Positions 52,538 through 61,877 are shown, counted from the first letter of the stretch. The stretch is 64,000 bases of DNA from Fidelibacterota bacterium (GCA_046735395.1 JBJKQR010000020.1:1-64000), one strand, 5' to 3'. Notes: generated by a model not told the origin, from the letters alone. Numbers and translations are program-made.

Positions 52538-52732
52538 TTAATCAAGGCAAAAACCAGCAAAGACGCCGGCACCTACAGCCCATCCAAGTGCGACAGGAGC
52601 CATGTAAACTATAGGCGCGGATGCCATCAGGCCGGATGCCAGGCTCATACAGAGGTCTTCGTGATTGTCGCGGAGGAAATCACCAATTCCACTTCCTCCG
52701 GCAATGTCTTCTGTATTGATTATTGTTTTCAT
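52538..52732 (-). CDS. Double-glycine-leader peptide precursor, family C copy 1
   Basis: MKTIINTEDIAGG|SGIGDFLRDNHEDLC...GAGVFAGFCLD, GGAG RBS. Confidence 0.8.
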   Translation of the reverse strand: MKTIINTEDIAGGSGIGDFLRDNHEDLCMSLASGLMASAPIVYMAPVALGWAVGAGVFAGFCLD

Positions 52733-52759
52733 AATTCTTCTCCATGTTATCTTTGAGTT

Positions 52760-52915
52760 TCAGTCCGGCTCGGTGATACGGTAGCACAGGACCACCCCGG
52801 CCAGAGACAGGTAAGGCAGGGTCCACAGAAGCGGCAGCGCCACATCTTTGACACAATCGCTGAAGATGCCGCCGCCGCAGGTGTTTTTCATTGTTTGTTT
52901 TGACAGGGTTTTCAT
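52760..52915 (-). CDS. Double-glycine-leader peptide precursor, family B copy 1 (51 aa; not in ORF track)
   Basis: Own translation MKTLSKQTMKNTCGG|GIFSDCVKDVALPLLWTLPYLSLAGVVLCYRITEPD, GAGG RBS. Confidence 0.8.
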   Translation of the reverse strand: MKTLSKQTMKNTCGGGIFSDCVKDVALPLLWTLPYLSLAGVVLCYRITEPD

Positions 52916-52924
52916 GGTATGCCT

Positions 52925-53101
52925 CTATTCCCATTCGCGAAGAAAGCGGCCCAAACTGTAGCCGGTGCAGAAGAGTCCGATCGCGGTGAGGGCAGGATTC
53001 ACCAAAACAACTCCTGCAAGACCGGCCAGGAGGCAGATCGTCCCCACATCCAGTTCGCCGCCCTGAATGGCGGCCATTTCATTTTTGTCGAGATTTTTCA
53101 T
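52925..53101 (-). CDS. Double-glycine-leader peptide precursor, family A copy 1 (58 aa; not in ORF track)
   Basis: Own translation MKNLDKNEMAAIQGG|ELDVGTICLLAGLAGVVLVNPALTAIGLFCTGYSLGRFLREWE, AAGGA RBS, ATGA overlap with upstream stop. Confidence 0.85.
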   Translation of the reverse strand: MKNLDKNEMAAIQGGELDVGTICLLAGLAGVVLVNPALTAIGLFCTGYSLGRFLREWE

Positions 53102-53598
53102 GATTGTTCCTTTCCTTTTGATGTTTCCCGTCCGTTTCCGAGCCTCCTGACCAGACCGATCCTCACCTCCTTTCCCAGATGTCTGACCAGTCGGCCATCA
53201 GAAGCGAACAGCCAGGCGTCAAGCGGAGCCCCTGCACCAAAAAGTCGGGTTTTTTCAGTTGTTTCAATTTGTCCGAAGCGGACAGAAGGATTATGCCTTA
53301 GCCGTGTCCAGGCATAGTAATGATTATTTTTGAAAAATCCGGGTGTCGTACACAGCAGGTACACATTCAGTGAAGCCAGATCATCGCTGTGGTTTTCCAG
53401 ATAATAGATATTCCGGATACAGTTGCAATGCGTATCAAAGAACACGATCAGTACGGGATCTGTATTCCCATTCCTGACCGGAATTTCCAGATTGCCGGCT
53501 GTCCGATAACTGAATTCCGGGATTTTTTCACCCTGCTGAATCCTGTCTGTATGGCTGCAGGCGCTGATCAGGATACATAAACAGAATAGGACAGACAT
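53098..53598 (-). CDS. Exported TlpA/AhpC-like thioredoxin-fold protein with CxC site
   Basis: Signal/lipobox ISAC, GEKIPEFSY, PVLIVFFDTHCNC, P...LFASDGRLV. Start uncertain. Confidence 0.7.
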   Translation of the reverse strand: MSVLFCLCILISACSHTDRIQQGEKIPEFSYRTAGNLEIPVRNGNTDPVLIVFFDTHCNCIRNIYYLENHSDDLASLNVYLLCTTPGFFKNNHYYAWTRLRHNPSVRFGQIETTEKTRLFGAGAPLDAWLFASDGRLVRHLGKEVRIGLVRRLGNGRETSKGKEQS

Positions 53599-53609
53599 GC
53601 CGAATTTTC

Positions 53610-54266
53610 CTAATTTAAAAGCGGAGTTTTGGGCAATAACAGATTGAACCCCCATTGGAAAATGAGAGAAATGGCCCACAATCCCAACAGGATCAGGGCA
53701 GCATCGGACAGGGAACTTTTGCCGGATTTATTCAGTCTGTAGGCGACGAAAGCGATCCAGAGCAGGGTAAACAGGCTGATCCTGCCCATGAGAGCCCAGG
53801 ATTGGAGGGTATAGGAGAGCGGATCCAGAAATGCCTGGATGGAAAGGAAAGACTGCTGGACGAGCTTGTTTGTATAATTTTGAACAGGGATGGTCAGCAG
53901 CCTGATAAAGGCAAAGAATTTCTGAGACAGGGGAATGAATTCGGCAAGCAGGCAGATATTCAGCAGGTCACGGTAGGGGATTTCCTTCTGCCTGAGCAAG
54001 AATACAAGCTGAATGATAAGGGCTACGAAAAGAATTTTGATTCCGGTGGTAATGGGATTGAAGAAGTAGGTGAGCATGGACATTTTTTCTATCATGAACA
54101 TGACGGAATCGGATTGGCCCTGAGGCAGCCCCGCATCCTGCATGATGGGTGACCGGGACACGCGCTGAAAGAGAAATTCCATATAAAACCAGTTCGTGAA
54201 AGTGATTCCCAGTAAAAGCGCAAATGCATTCATCGCTACTGTTTTTTTCCTTTTCGGCTCATTCAT
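53610..54266 (-). CDS. Yip1-like membrane protein
   Basis: About five TM segments, ISLFTLLW segment aligned by eye with the DIFRLW segment of 28174-28863. Confidence 0.6.
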   Translation of the reverse strand: MNEPKRKKTVAMNAFALLLGITFTNWFYMEFLFQRVSRSPIMQDAGLPQGQSDSVMFMIEKMSMLTYFFNPITTGIKILFVALIIQLVFLLRQKEIPYRDLLNICLLAEFIPLSQKFFAFIRLLTIPVQNYTNKLVQQSFLSIQAFLDPLSYTLQSWALMGRISLFTLLWIAFVAYRLNKSGKSSLSDAALILLGLWAISLIFQWGFNLLLPKTPLLN

Positions 54267-56325
54267 GTCTGTCTCCTATTGTAATACACGGTGTGTTGTT
54301 TCGAAAAAGTGCCGGATCATGGCTGATAATCAGGACCAGGTGTGTTGCCGCATAGTTTTCCAGCAGGGCCTGAATCAGTGGACGTGATTCGGTATCCAGC
54401 GAGCTGATTCCCTCATCCACTATCAGCAGCCGGGGTTGGGAAAGAAGAGCCCGGATCAGGCCGATGATAAATTTTTCTCCGCCGGACAGCCGCTGGCCTT
54501 CTTCGCTGAGCAGCGTCATCAATCCAAGTTTGAATCGGCCGATGAACCAGGAAAAATCATAGCTTTTAAAAAAGCGTTCCAATTCATTCAGGGGCCTGTT
54601 CCCCAGGCCGATCTGGATGTTTTCCAGCAGGGTTCCGTTAAAAATATAAATATCCTGAGGAATGAGACGAACAGCAGCGCGAAGCAGCTCAATTGAAAGA
54701 TTTTTTAGTGAGCAGCCATTCAGAAGAATCTGACCCTGATAGTCGGTGTAAATGCCGCACAGAAGCCGGGAAAGAGTACTTTTTCCACTTCCATTTCGTC
54801 CCTGGAGAAAATGAAGTCCGTTATTTTCCAGGGAGAAGGTGACATGATGAAAGAGCCGGGGAGACTTGGGGTAGCTGAAATTCAAACCGGATACGCGAAG
54901 GGACGTGGCCTGATCGTGAAAGGTTTGAAGCCCGTCCTGTTTTTCCGATGGGTGGAGGAGGATGTCCCGCAGTCTGACATAGGCGATGCGAGCCTGCTGC
55001 AGATCGCCGATTCCGCTCATGATGAGCTGAAGCGCAGGAATCATTCCGGCCAGCAGGCTGTAACTGCCCATGAACTGGCCAAGCGGGAGTTTTCCCTGAA
55101 TCACTTCACGGACGCCGAGAAACAGAAAAAGGATGCTTAAGAGGGCGGACAGGCCCTCGATGCTCATGCCGTAGTCTGCCGCAAAGATGGAAAGGTTTTT
55201 TCGAAGGTCTTGAAATTGACGGAAATACTCGTGGTTTTTCATGTTGAAGTGGTGATCGGCGCCATTTCGCCGGATGGATTCCTGGCCGTGAATGATATCG
55301 ATATACGAGGACTCCAGATCCGCATAACTTTTCATCAGCCGGTTATTGCGGGTTTTAAGCCCCGGTATGAAATAGATGCCTGTGAAAACGTACAGCAGCA
55401 GAAGCCCGCAGACCGGTACGACGATGCCCGGGCTCATGATGATCATATATCCGAGACTGCTGAGAAGAAGTATGCCCTGTATCAGAAAATCATTGCAGAC
55501 CTGTACCACGGCTCTCTGGATGCGCAGGGCATCCTGCATGCGGGCGGTGAGATCCCCGGTTTTCCGGGATTCAAAAAAATGCTGAGGCAGCGCCAGGAGT
55601 TGGGAAATAAAGTCTGTATGCAATTCCAGATTGAATCGTTCACTGAAGGATGCGAGCATGCGAATTCTGGCATTTCCGGCAAGGGCCCGGAGCAGCATCA
55701 CGATGGCAAAGAACGCCAGAAGTGGTAAAAATTCATGAAAGTTTGCGGTCGGGATGTACACATCGATGGCCTGCTGAATGAGCAGGGCGGTCACAAGGCC
55801 GGAGATGCTGAGAAACAGGGCCAGAACTACACTCTGTACCAGCCAGGAACTCGTATTTGCCAGGCGCGGACGGATCCACTGAAACCAGCCGGGAGGGGCC
55901 TTTCGTTCGAGGGGGCCGGCCGGTTCAAGCAGCAGAACAATTCCTTCCTTCCAGATGCTGAGGAAATTCTGATGAGACAGGGAATGAACAGATTTCCCGG
56001 GGTCGGCGACCTTTACTTTGTTCTGGCCGATATTCAGAATGATGAGATAATGGTGCAGGCCGGAATTCAGAATGACGTGAGCGATACAGGGCAGATTTTC
56101 TTCAGCCAGTTCCTGAAGTGAGCCCCGGGCCGCGCGGGTGGTGAATCCATAATGTTCCGCGGCTTCCAGCAGATCGGACAGGCGGGTTCCGCTGCGGTCC
56201 GTCCGGCAGCGGGCTCTCATTTCCACGAGAGAACCGTCTCCACCATGGTAGCGAAGCAGGGACAGCAGGCAGCAGGGCCCGCAGTCTGTTTCATTGACCT
56301 GTTTTTCAAGAGGAAACCGGAACAT
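54259..56325 (-). CDS. Peptidase-containing ABC transporter (C39 domain + TM + ATPase)
   Basis: QVNETDCGPCCL, HHYLI, DP catalytic positions, FFESRKTGDL, GRNGSGKST, LSGGE, IVDE, ISHD. Confidence 0.93.
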   Translation of the reverse strand: MFRFPLEKQVNETDCGPCCLLSLLRYHGGDGSLVEMRARCRTDRSGTRLSDLLEAAEHYGFTTRAARGSLQELAEENLPCIAHVILNSGLHHYLIILNIGQNKVKVADPGKSVHSLSHQNFLSIWKEGIVLLLEPAGPLERKAPPGWFQWIRPRLANTSSWLVQSVVLALFLSISGLVTALLIQQAIDVYIPTANFHEFLPLLAFFAIVMLLRALAGNARIRMLASFSERFNLELHTDFISQLLALPQHFFESRKTGDLTARMQDALRIQRAVVQVCNDFLIQGILLLSSLGYMIIMSPGIVVPVCGLLLLYVFTGIYFIPGLKTRNNRLMKSYADLESSYIDIIHGQESIRRNGADHHFNMKNHEYFRQFQDLRKNLSIFAADYGMSIEGLSALLSILFLFLGVREVIQGKLPLGQFMGSYSLLAGMIPALQLIMSGIGDLQQARIAYVRLRDILLHPSEKQDGLQTFHDQATSLRVSGLNFSYPKSPRLFHHVTFSLENNGLHFLQGRNGSGKSTLSRLLCGIYTDYQGQILLNGCSLKNLSIELLRAAVRLIPQDIYIFNGTLLENIQIGLGNRPLNELERFFKSYDFSWFIGRFKLGLMTLLSEEGQRLSGGEKFIIGLIRALLSQPRLLIVDEGISSLDTESRPLIQALLENYAATHLVLIISHDPALFRNNTPCITIGDRHE

Positions 56326-56374
56326 GGCCGATATGCCTCCTCGTTGATTCAGATTGGTTTCAGGGTGCAGAATC

Positions 56375-56403
56375 AGTATAGGGTTTTTGCCGGCTCAATG
56401 CAA
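56375..56403 (-). promoter_or_regulatory. Putative sigma70 promoter of the peptide export operon
   Basis: TTGCAT-17 nt-TATACT, about 50 nt upstream of the ATG, GAGGAGG RBS. Confidence 0.65.
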
Positions 56404-56537
56404 ATTTTTTTCTATTGGTGGGGCGTTTTCTGCCGCCAGCTGACAGGGCGGATGATGGATCCATCGGCCGTTTCATCATTTTGAATCAGCGGGAAAATTC
56501 CATAAATTTCCTAAAAAAACGGGAGCGGACACGATAA

Positions 56538-57962
56538 ATGGAATGGGAAATTGTCATAGGCCTTGAAGTCCATGTTCAGCTGAATCTGAAAACCAAGGCA
56601 TTCTGCCGTTGTGAAAACCGCTATGGCGCGGAACCGAATACGCTGGTCTGTCCCGTGTGTCTGGGCTATCCCGGCGCGCTCCCGGTTCTCAATGAAGGAT
56701 TGGTCCGTTATGCGATCCGGGCGGGCCTGGCGACACACAGCGGTATCCGGCTGCGAAGCACCTTCAGCCGGAAAAATTATTTTTACCCGGATCTGCCCAA
56801 GGGTTACCAGATTTCGCAGTACGATGATCCGATCTGTTATGACGGACATATTGATATTGAAACGGATGAGGGACCCCGGCAAATCGGGCTCATCCGGATT
56901 CACATGGAAGAGGATTCGGGAAAGAGCATGCACGATGCGTCCCGCTCTCTCATTGATCTGAACCGCAGCGGCGTGGCCCTGCTGGAAATTGTCAGCAAAC
57001 CGGATATCAAGAATCCGGCAGAAGCCTATGCCTACCTGACGACGCTGAAGCAGAGACTGAAATATATCGGTATATCAGACTGTAATATGGAGGAGGGTTC
57101 GCTGCGCTGCGATGCCAATGTGAGTGTTATGCCGAAGGGCAGCAGCACATTCGGAACCCGCACCGAACTGAAGAATCTGAATTCCTTCCGGAATGTGGAA
57201 AAGGCGCTGCAGTATGAAGCTGCACGGCAGATTGAGGTCCTGGAATCGGGTGGCCGTGTGGATCAGTGTACGCTGCTGTGGGACGAAGGGAAACAATGTA
57301 CGCGGACGATGCGGAGCAAGGAAGACAGCCATGATTACCGCTATTTCCCGGAACCGGATCTGCTGCCGGTTCTGGTCAGTGAAGCGGATATTTCCGGAAT
57401 CCGGGACCAACTTCCGGAAATGCCGGATGCCCGCGCCCGCCGTTTTGAGGACGTTCTGGGGCTGACGAAGGAGGATGCGGCGGTTCTGACCCAGGAAAAG
57501 GATACGGCGGATTATTTCGAGGCGGTGGCTGAACGCTGCGGGGATGCGCGCCTGGCCTCCAAGTGGATTCAGGGTGAAATGCTTCGCCTGGTCAGGGATC
57601 TGCGGCGGTCCATTGATGAAATTCCCGTATCTGCGGATGCGCTGGCGGAATTACTGGCCATTCTGCAGTCGGGTGATGTGACAGTGCAGACGGCCAAGGC
57701 GGTATTGGATGACATGGCGTCCAGCGGTGAATCGGCGGCCCACATCATTGAATCAAAAGGATTGAAGCAGATCGGCGGCGGCGGTGAGCTGGAAAAATTA
57801 ATAGATGAAATTCTGGAAAACTGTCCATCGGAAGTGGAGAAATACCGCGCCGGAAAAGTTCAGCTGCTCGGATTCTTCATGGGACAGCTGATGAAGGCGA
57901 CGCAGGGCCGGGCGGATCAGAAGGCGGCCCGGGAACTCTTTCAGAAAAAACTGGAGGCATAG
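56538..57962 (+). CDS. gatB: Asp/Glu-tRNA amidotransferase subunit B
   Basis: IGLEVHVQL, RKNYFYPDLPKGYQISQ, LRCDANVS, DYRYFPEPDL. Confidence 0.97.
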   Translation: MEWEIVIGLEVHVQLNLKTKAFCRCENRYGAEPNTLVCPVCLGYPGALPVLNEGLVRYAIRAGLATHSGIRLRSTFSRKNYFYPDLPKGYQISQYDDPICYDGHIDIETDEGPRQIGLIRIHMEEDSGKSMHDASRSLIDLNRSGVALLEIVSKPDIKNPAEAYAYLTTLKQRLKYIGISDCNMEEGSLRCDANVSVMPKGSSTFGTRTELKNLNSFRNVEKALQYEAARQIEVLESGGRVDQCTLLWDEGKQCTRTMRSKEDSHDYRYFPEPDLLPVLVSEADISGIRDQLPEMPDARARRFEDVLGLTKEDAAVLTQEKDTADYFEAVAERCGDARLASKWIQGEMLRLVRDLRRSIDEIPVSADALAELLAILQSGDVTVQTAKAVLDDMASSGESAAHIIESKGLKQIGGGGELEKLIDEILENCPSEVEKYRAGKVQLLGFFMGQLMKATQGRADQKAARELFQKKLEA

Positions 57963-57964
57963 GC

Positions 57965-58744
57965 ATGCTCCTCGCGATAGATATCGGTAACAGCAATGTG
58001 GTTCTGGGAATTATCCGGGACGGAGCCATTCTCACTCAGTGGCGTCTCACCACGTCCCATATGCGGACCCGCGATGAATTCTGGGTGACGGTGAAGCTCC
58101 TCGCCATGGATGCGGATCTGGATATCCGGGGCATTGAGGATGTCATCATTTCCTCAGTCGTGCCCCCGCTGGCCGATCAGCTGGTGCTCATGTGCCGGAA
58201 ACATCTGGAGCTGGATCCGCTGATCGTGCGCAGTGATCTGGATCTGGGAGTCCGCTATCGTGTCGATAATCCTTCCGAACTGGGTGCGGACCGGATCTGC
58301 AATATTGTCGGCGCTCTGGATGCCTATCCCCTTCCGCAGATCATTATCGACATGGGTACAGCGACCACCTTTGATGTGGTGGACAGGGAGCGCAATTACT
58401 TGGGCGGAAGCATCATGCCCGGCATTGAGATGGCCTCTTCGAGCCTCTTCGAGAAGACCGCCAAACTGCCCAAGGTCAATCTTCTTCCCGGAAAATCGGT
58501 AATCGGAAAGAATACGGAGGAACATCTGAGGGCCGGAATATTCTGGGGCGCCGTGGATCAGATCGACGGAATGGTGCGGCGCATCCGGAAGGAAACGGGC
58601 TGGGATGACGTATCGGTGATTGCCACCGGCGGACTGGCAAAACTCGTGGCCAAATACAGCGATGAAATCCGGGAGGTTGATCCGGATCTGACCCTCATCG
58701 GCATGGAAAAAATTTATCGGAAAGCAGGGCGGAAGAGAGCCTGA
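57965..58744 (+). CDS. coaX: Type III pantothenate kinase
   Basis: IDIGNS, SSVVP, LGADR, DMGTATT, ATGG. Confidence 0.94.
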   Translation: MLLAIDIGNSNVVLGIIRDGAILTQWRLTTSHMRTRDEFWVTVKLLAMDADLDIRGIEDVIISSVVPPLADQLVLMCRKHLELDPLIVRSDLDLGVRYRVDNPSELGADRICNIVGALDAYPLPQIIIDMGTATTFDVVDRERNYLGGSIMPGIEMASSSLFEKTAKLPKVNLLPGKSVIGKNTEEHLRAGIFWGAVDQIDGMVRRIRKETGWDDVSVIATGGLAKLVAKYSDEIREVDPDLTLIGMEKIYRKAGRKRA

Positions 58745-58801
58745 TCTCTGCAGGAATTGAATAAAAAATGAACGACTCTACAAAATATTTGATGAAGGAC
58801 G

Positions 58802-60913
58802 ATGATGAAAGGAAAACAGCTTAGTATCATGCTTGCATTTATCATGATGGCCGGCGCCTGTCAGAAAGGCGATACCCATAAATCAAACCCGCTCCTGGGT
58901 GAATACAGGGCCTACGACCAGGCACCGCCCTTTGATGAAATTCAGGCAGAGGATTATCTGCCGGCCTTTCGGGAGGCAATGACGCGGCAGAACCGGGAAA
59001 TTGAGGATATTGTTCAGAATCCCGAAACACCCACTTTTGACAATACGATCCGGGCCATGGAGCTCAGTGGCAGCGACCTCACGCGCATTCAGAATATCTT
59101 TTTTCTGGTCTATGGCGCCGATGCCAACGACACGCTGCAGGACATCGCGAAGGAAATCATTCCCGAACTGACGGAGCATAACAGCAATATCATGCTCAAC
59201 GATACGCTGTTTCAGAGAATTAAATATGTGGCTGAAAAATTCAATCCGGATGAACACAGCAGCGAAGAAGTGACGCTGGTGCAGAAATATGAAGAGGATT
59301 TTATCCGTTCCGGTGCCGATCTGTCCGCCGATAAAAAGGAAAAAATCCGTGAGATCGACAAACAGCTGGCAAAGATGAATCTGGAATTTGACGAACATAT
59401 TCTGAATGAAAACAAGACACAGCGGATTGTGCTCGAAAAAGAAGATCTGGACGGACTGCCGGATGCGGTGATTCAGGCGGCGGCAGAAAAGGCGGAGCAG
59501 CTGGATCTTCCCGGAAAATATGTCTTTACCATCCAGCGCCAGAGCATGTATCCCTTCCTGACCTACTCCACACGCCGGGATCTTCGTGAAGAGCTGTACC
59601 GCAAATATTTCATGAAGGGCGATAACAACGATGAGAATGACAATAAAGACATTGTGCTGAAGACCGCCCGGCTGCGCATGGAAAAGGCGAAGCTCTTCGG
59701 ATATGATAATTATGCCCGGTATCAGCTGGCCAACAAGATGGCGGAAGCGCCGGAAAATGTGTATACGCTGCTGAATGAGGTCTGGACACCGGCTCTGAAG
59801 ATGGCAAAAAATGAAGTGAAGGAACAGCAGCAGCTCATCGACGAGGAAGGCGGAAAGTTTAAACTGCAACCCTGGGACTGGTGGTATTACACCGAGAAGC
59901 TCAGAGAACGGAAATTCGATTTCAGTGATGAGGATATCAAACCCTATTTCGAATTGAACCGGGTGCGGGACGGAGCCTTTGAAATTGTTCATCGCCTCTA
60001 CGGACTCACCTTTGAGGAAGTGCACAATGTGCCGGTTTACAATAAGGACGTGCGCGTCTTCGAGGTGCGCGACAAGGACGGATCCCACCTCGGCCTTTTT
60101 TATACGGATTATTTTCCCCGGGACGGAAAAGGCATGGGCGCGTGGATGACGGCAGCCCGGGATCAGTCCGACATTGATACCTTCGTGACGCCCATCGTCG
60201 CCAATGTGGCCAATTTTCCCCGCCCCACCAGGGACATGCCCTCGCTGCTGAGCCTGGATCAGGTTCATACGCTCTTTCATGAGCTGGGGCACGCCCTGCA
60301 TGGCCTCATGTCCCACAGCCATTATCCACGTCTTGCCGGTACCTCCGTGGATCGGGATTTTGTGGAGCTGCCTTCACAGATCATGGAAAACTGGGTGCTG
60401 GAGCCGGAGGCTCTCAAGCTGTATGCAAAACATTACAAAACCGGCGCGGATCTGCCCAGGGACCTGCTGGATAAAATCATTGCCGCCGGTAAATTCAACC
60501 AGGGCTTCAAGACGGTGGAATATCTGGCCGCCTCCTATCTCGATATGGACTGGCACACGTTGGATACCTTCACGGTACGTGATGTGAATGCCTTTGAAAA
60601 GGAATCCATGGATCGCATCGGCCTGATTCCGGAAATACTTCCCCGTTACCGCAGCACCTATTTCGGCCATACTTTTGCCGGCGGATACTCTGCAGGATAT
60701 TACAGCTACATCTGGGCCGAAGTTCTGGACGCGGACGCATTCCAGGCCTTCAAGGAAACGGATCTCTTCAATCAGGATGTGGCTCAGCGCTTCCGGGACA
60801 CCATTCTGGCCCGCGGCGGCACGGAAAATCCCATGCTGCTCTATAAAAAATTCCGCGGACGGGCGCCGCATATCGATGCCCTGCTCGAACGGCGTGGCCT
60901 GAACGGCAAATGA
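58802..60913 (+). CDS. M3 family metallopeptidase (Dcp-like), lipoprotein
   Basis: Lipobox AGAC, LFHELGHALH, DFVELPSQ, YSAGYYSYIW. Confidence 0.93.
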   Translation: MMKGKQLSIMLAFIMMAGACQKGDTHKSNPLLGEYRAYDQAPPFDEIQAEDYLPAFREAMTRQNREIEDIVQNPETPTFDNTIRAMELSGSDLTRIQNIFFLVYGADANDTLQDIAKEIIPELTEHNSNIMLNDTLFQRIKYVAEKFNPDEHSSEEVTLVQKYEEDFIRSGADLSADKKEKIREIDKQLAKMNLEFDEHILNENKTQRIVLEKEDLDGLPDAVIQAAAEKAEQLDLPGKYVFTIQRQSMYPFLTYSTRRDLREELYRKYFMKGDNNDENDNKDIVLKTARLRMEKAKLFGYDNYARYQLANKMAEAPENVYTLLNEVWTPALKMAKNEVKEQQQLIDEEGGKFKLQPWDWWYYTEKLRERKFDFSDEDIKPYFELNRVRDGAFEIVHRLYGLTFEEVHNVPVYNKDVRVFEVRDKDGSHLGLFYTDYFPRDGKGMGAWMTAARDQSDIDTFVTPIVANVANFPRPTRDMPSLLSLDQVHTLFHELGHALHGLMSHSHYPRLAGTSVDRDFVELPSQIMENWVLEPEALKLYAKHYKTGADLPRDLLDKIIAAGKFNQGFKTVEYLAASYLDMDWHTLDTFTVRDVNAFEKESMDRIGLIPEILPRYRSTYFGHTFAGGYSAGYYSYIWAEVLDADAFQAFKETDLFNQDVAQRFRDTILARGGTENPMLLYKKFRGRAPHIDALLERRGLNGK

Positions 60914-60977
60914 CCGGCCTTGAATTTCCGAATGTGAATGACTATTTTGTTATAACCTTTCTGTCAGGAGTCCACAT

Positions 60978-61877
60978 ATGAGTACCAGATTTTCAGTCGG
61001 TATCGATCTGGGCGGAACCAAGTTTCACGCCGGCCTTGTCGATGATCAATATACCATTTATGGACAAACACTGCGCCGGTCCTCCGGCGATGCTCCGGAC
61101 GCGCAGACGCTCCTGACGCGGATGGTGGACACCGTCCGGGAGCTGGCGGAATTGAACGGCCTGTCCATGTCCGATATCCGTGCTGTCGGCGTGGGAAGCC
61201 CGGGTCCGCTGGATCCCTGGTCCGGGAAAATCCTGAATACGCTGAATCTGAAGGTGTTTCAGAATTTTGCCCTGAAGGATGAGATGGAGAAGCAGCTGAA
61301 GTGCCCGGTGTTCGTCGATAATGATGCCAACTGCTTCGGCCTGGGCGAACAGAAGGGCGGCGCTGCCCGGGGACTGAAACATGTTCTGGTGGTGACGCTC
61401 GGCACCGGCTACGGGTTTGCCGTTATTCTCAATGGAAATGTACTGCATGGCGCGACGGGACACGCGACGGAGATCGCCCTGACACCCTTCCGGGGAAAAG
61501 GCTACGAGGATTATATTTCAGGACGCGGCCTGGCCATGATACACCAGGAGCTTCATGGTGAGGATCTGGAAGGCCCGGCAATTTCCCAACGCGCTTTTGA
61601 CGGGGATGACAGGGCCCGGAAGACGTTTGAGGTCTTCGGGGAATATCTGGCCGGGACGCTGGTGCCCTATTTCACGGCGCTGGATCCGGATATGCTGGTG
61701 GTGGGCGGCAGTATCGCCGCGAACTGGGACTTCTTTTCCGCCTCGCTGGACCGGGAGATCCGCCGGAACCTCTTTGAAATCCCCCGGGCTCATGTCCGGA
61801 TTGAAAAATCCAAACTGGGTGAGCTGGCAACCATCATCGGTGCGGCAAGCCTGGTTGATACGGATTTCGTCCTCTGA
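60978..61877 (+). CDS. ROK family sugar kinase
   Basis: GIDLGGT, GSPGP, NDAN, TLGTG.G. Confidence 0.9.
   Translation: MSTRFSVGIDLGGTKFHAGLVDDQYTIYGQTLRRSSGDAPDAQTLLTRMVDTVRELAELNGLSMSDIRAVGVGSPGPLDPWSGKILNTLNLKVFQNFALKDEMEKQLKCPVFVDNDANCFGLGEQKGGAARGLKHVLVVTLGTGYGFAVILNGNVLHGATGHATEIALTPFRGKGYEDYISGRGLAMIHQELHGEDLEGPAISQRAFDGDDRARKTFEVFGEYLAGTLVPYFTALDPDMLVVGGSIAANWDFFSASLDREIRRNLFEIPRAHVRIEKSKLGELATIIGAASLVDTDFVL

Larger units (their letters stand above)
48645..53295. repeat. Diverged tandem duplication, unit about 2.32-2.33 kb, junction near 50961
   Basis: Homologous starts offset by 2318-2334 bp (53101/50767, 52915/50581, 52732/50409, 52479/50159, 51030/48712). Confidence 0.92.

Noticed and set aside
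52680..52934. 84-aa ORF from the track, and the extended 102-aa start of 50591-50899
   Set aside because: The real genes are the double-glycine ORFs 52760-52915 (another frame) and 50591-50767. The extension is thioredoxin remnant.
50218..56325. Lanthipeptide, sactipeptide or other modified RiPP assignment
   Set aside because: No modifying enzyme is encoded in the cluster, and paired Cys plus a thioredoxin-like gene favour disulfides. A distant enzyme cannot be excluded.
44080..56537. Integrase-mediated island at ssrA
   Set aside because: No integrase gene, and I found no second copy of the tmRNA 3' end as an att repeat. The block is treated only as accessory DNA.
56538..57962. gatB without adjacent gatC/gatA
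   Set aside because: Dispersed gat genes are common, so this is uninformative within one window.
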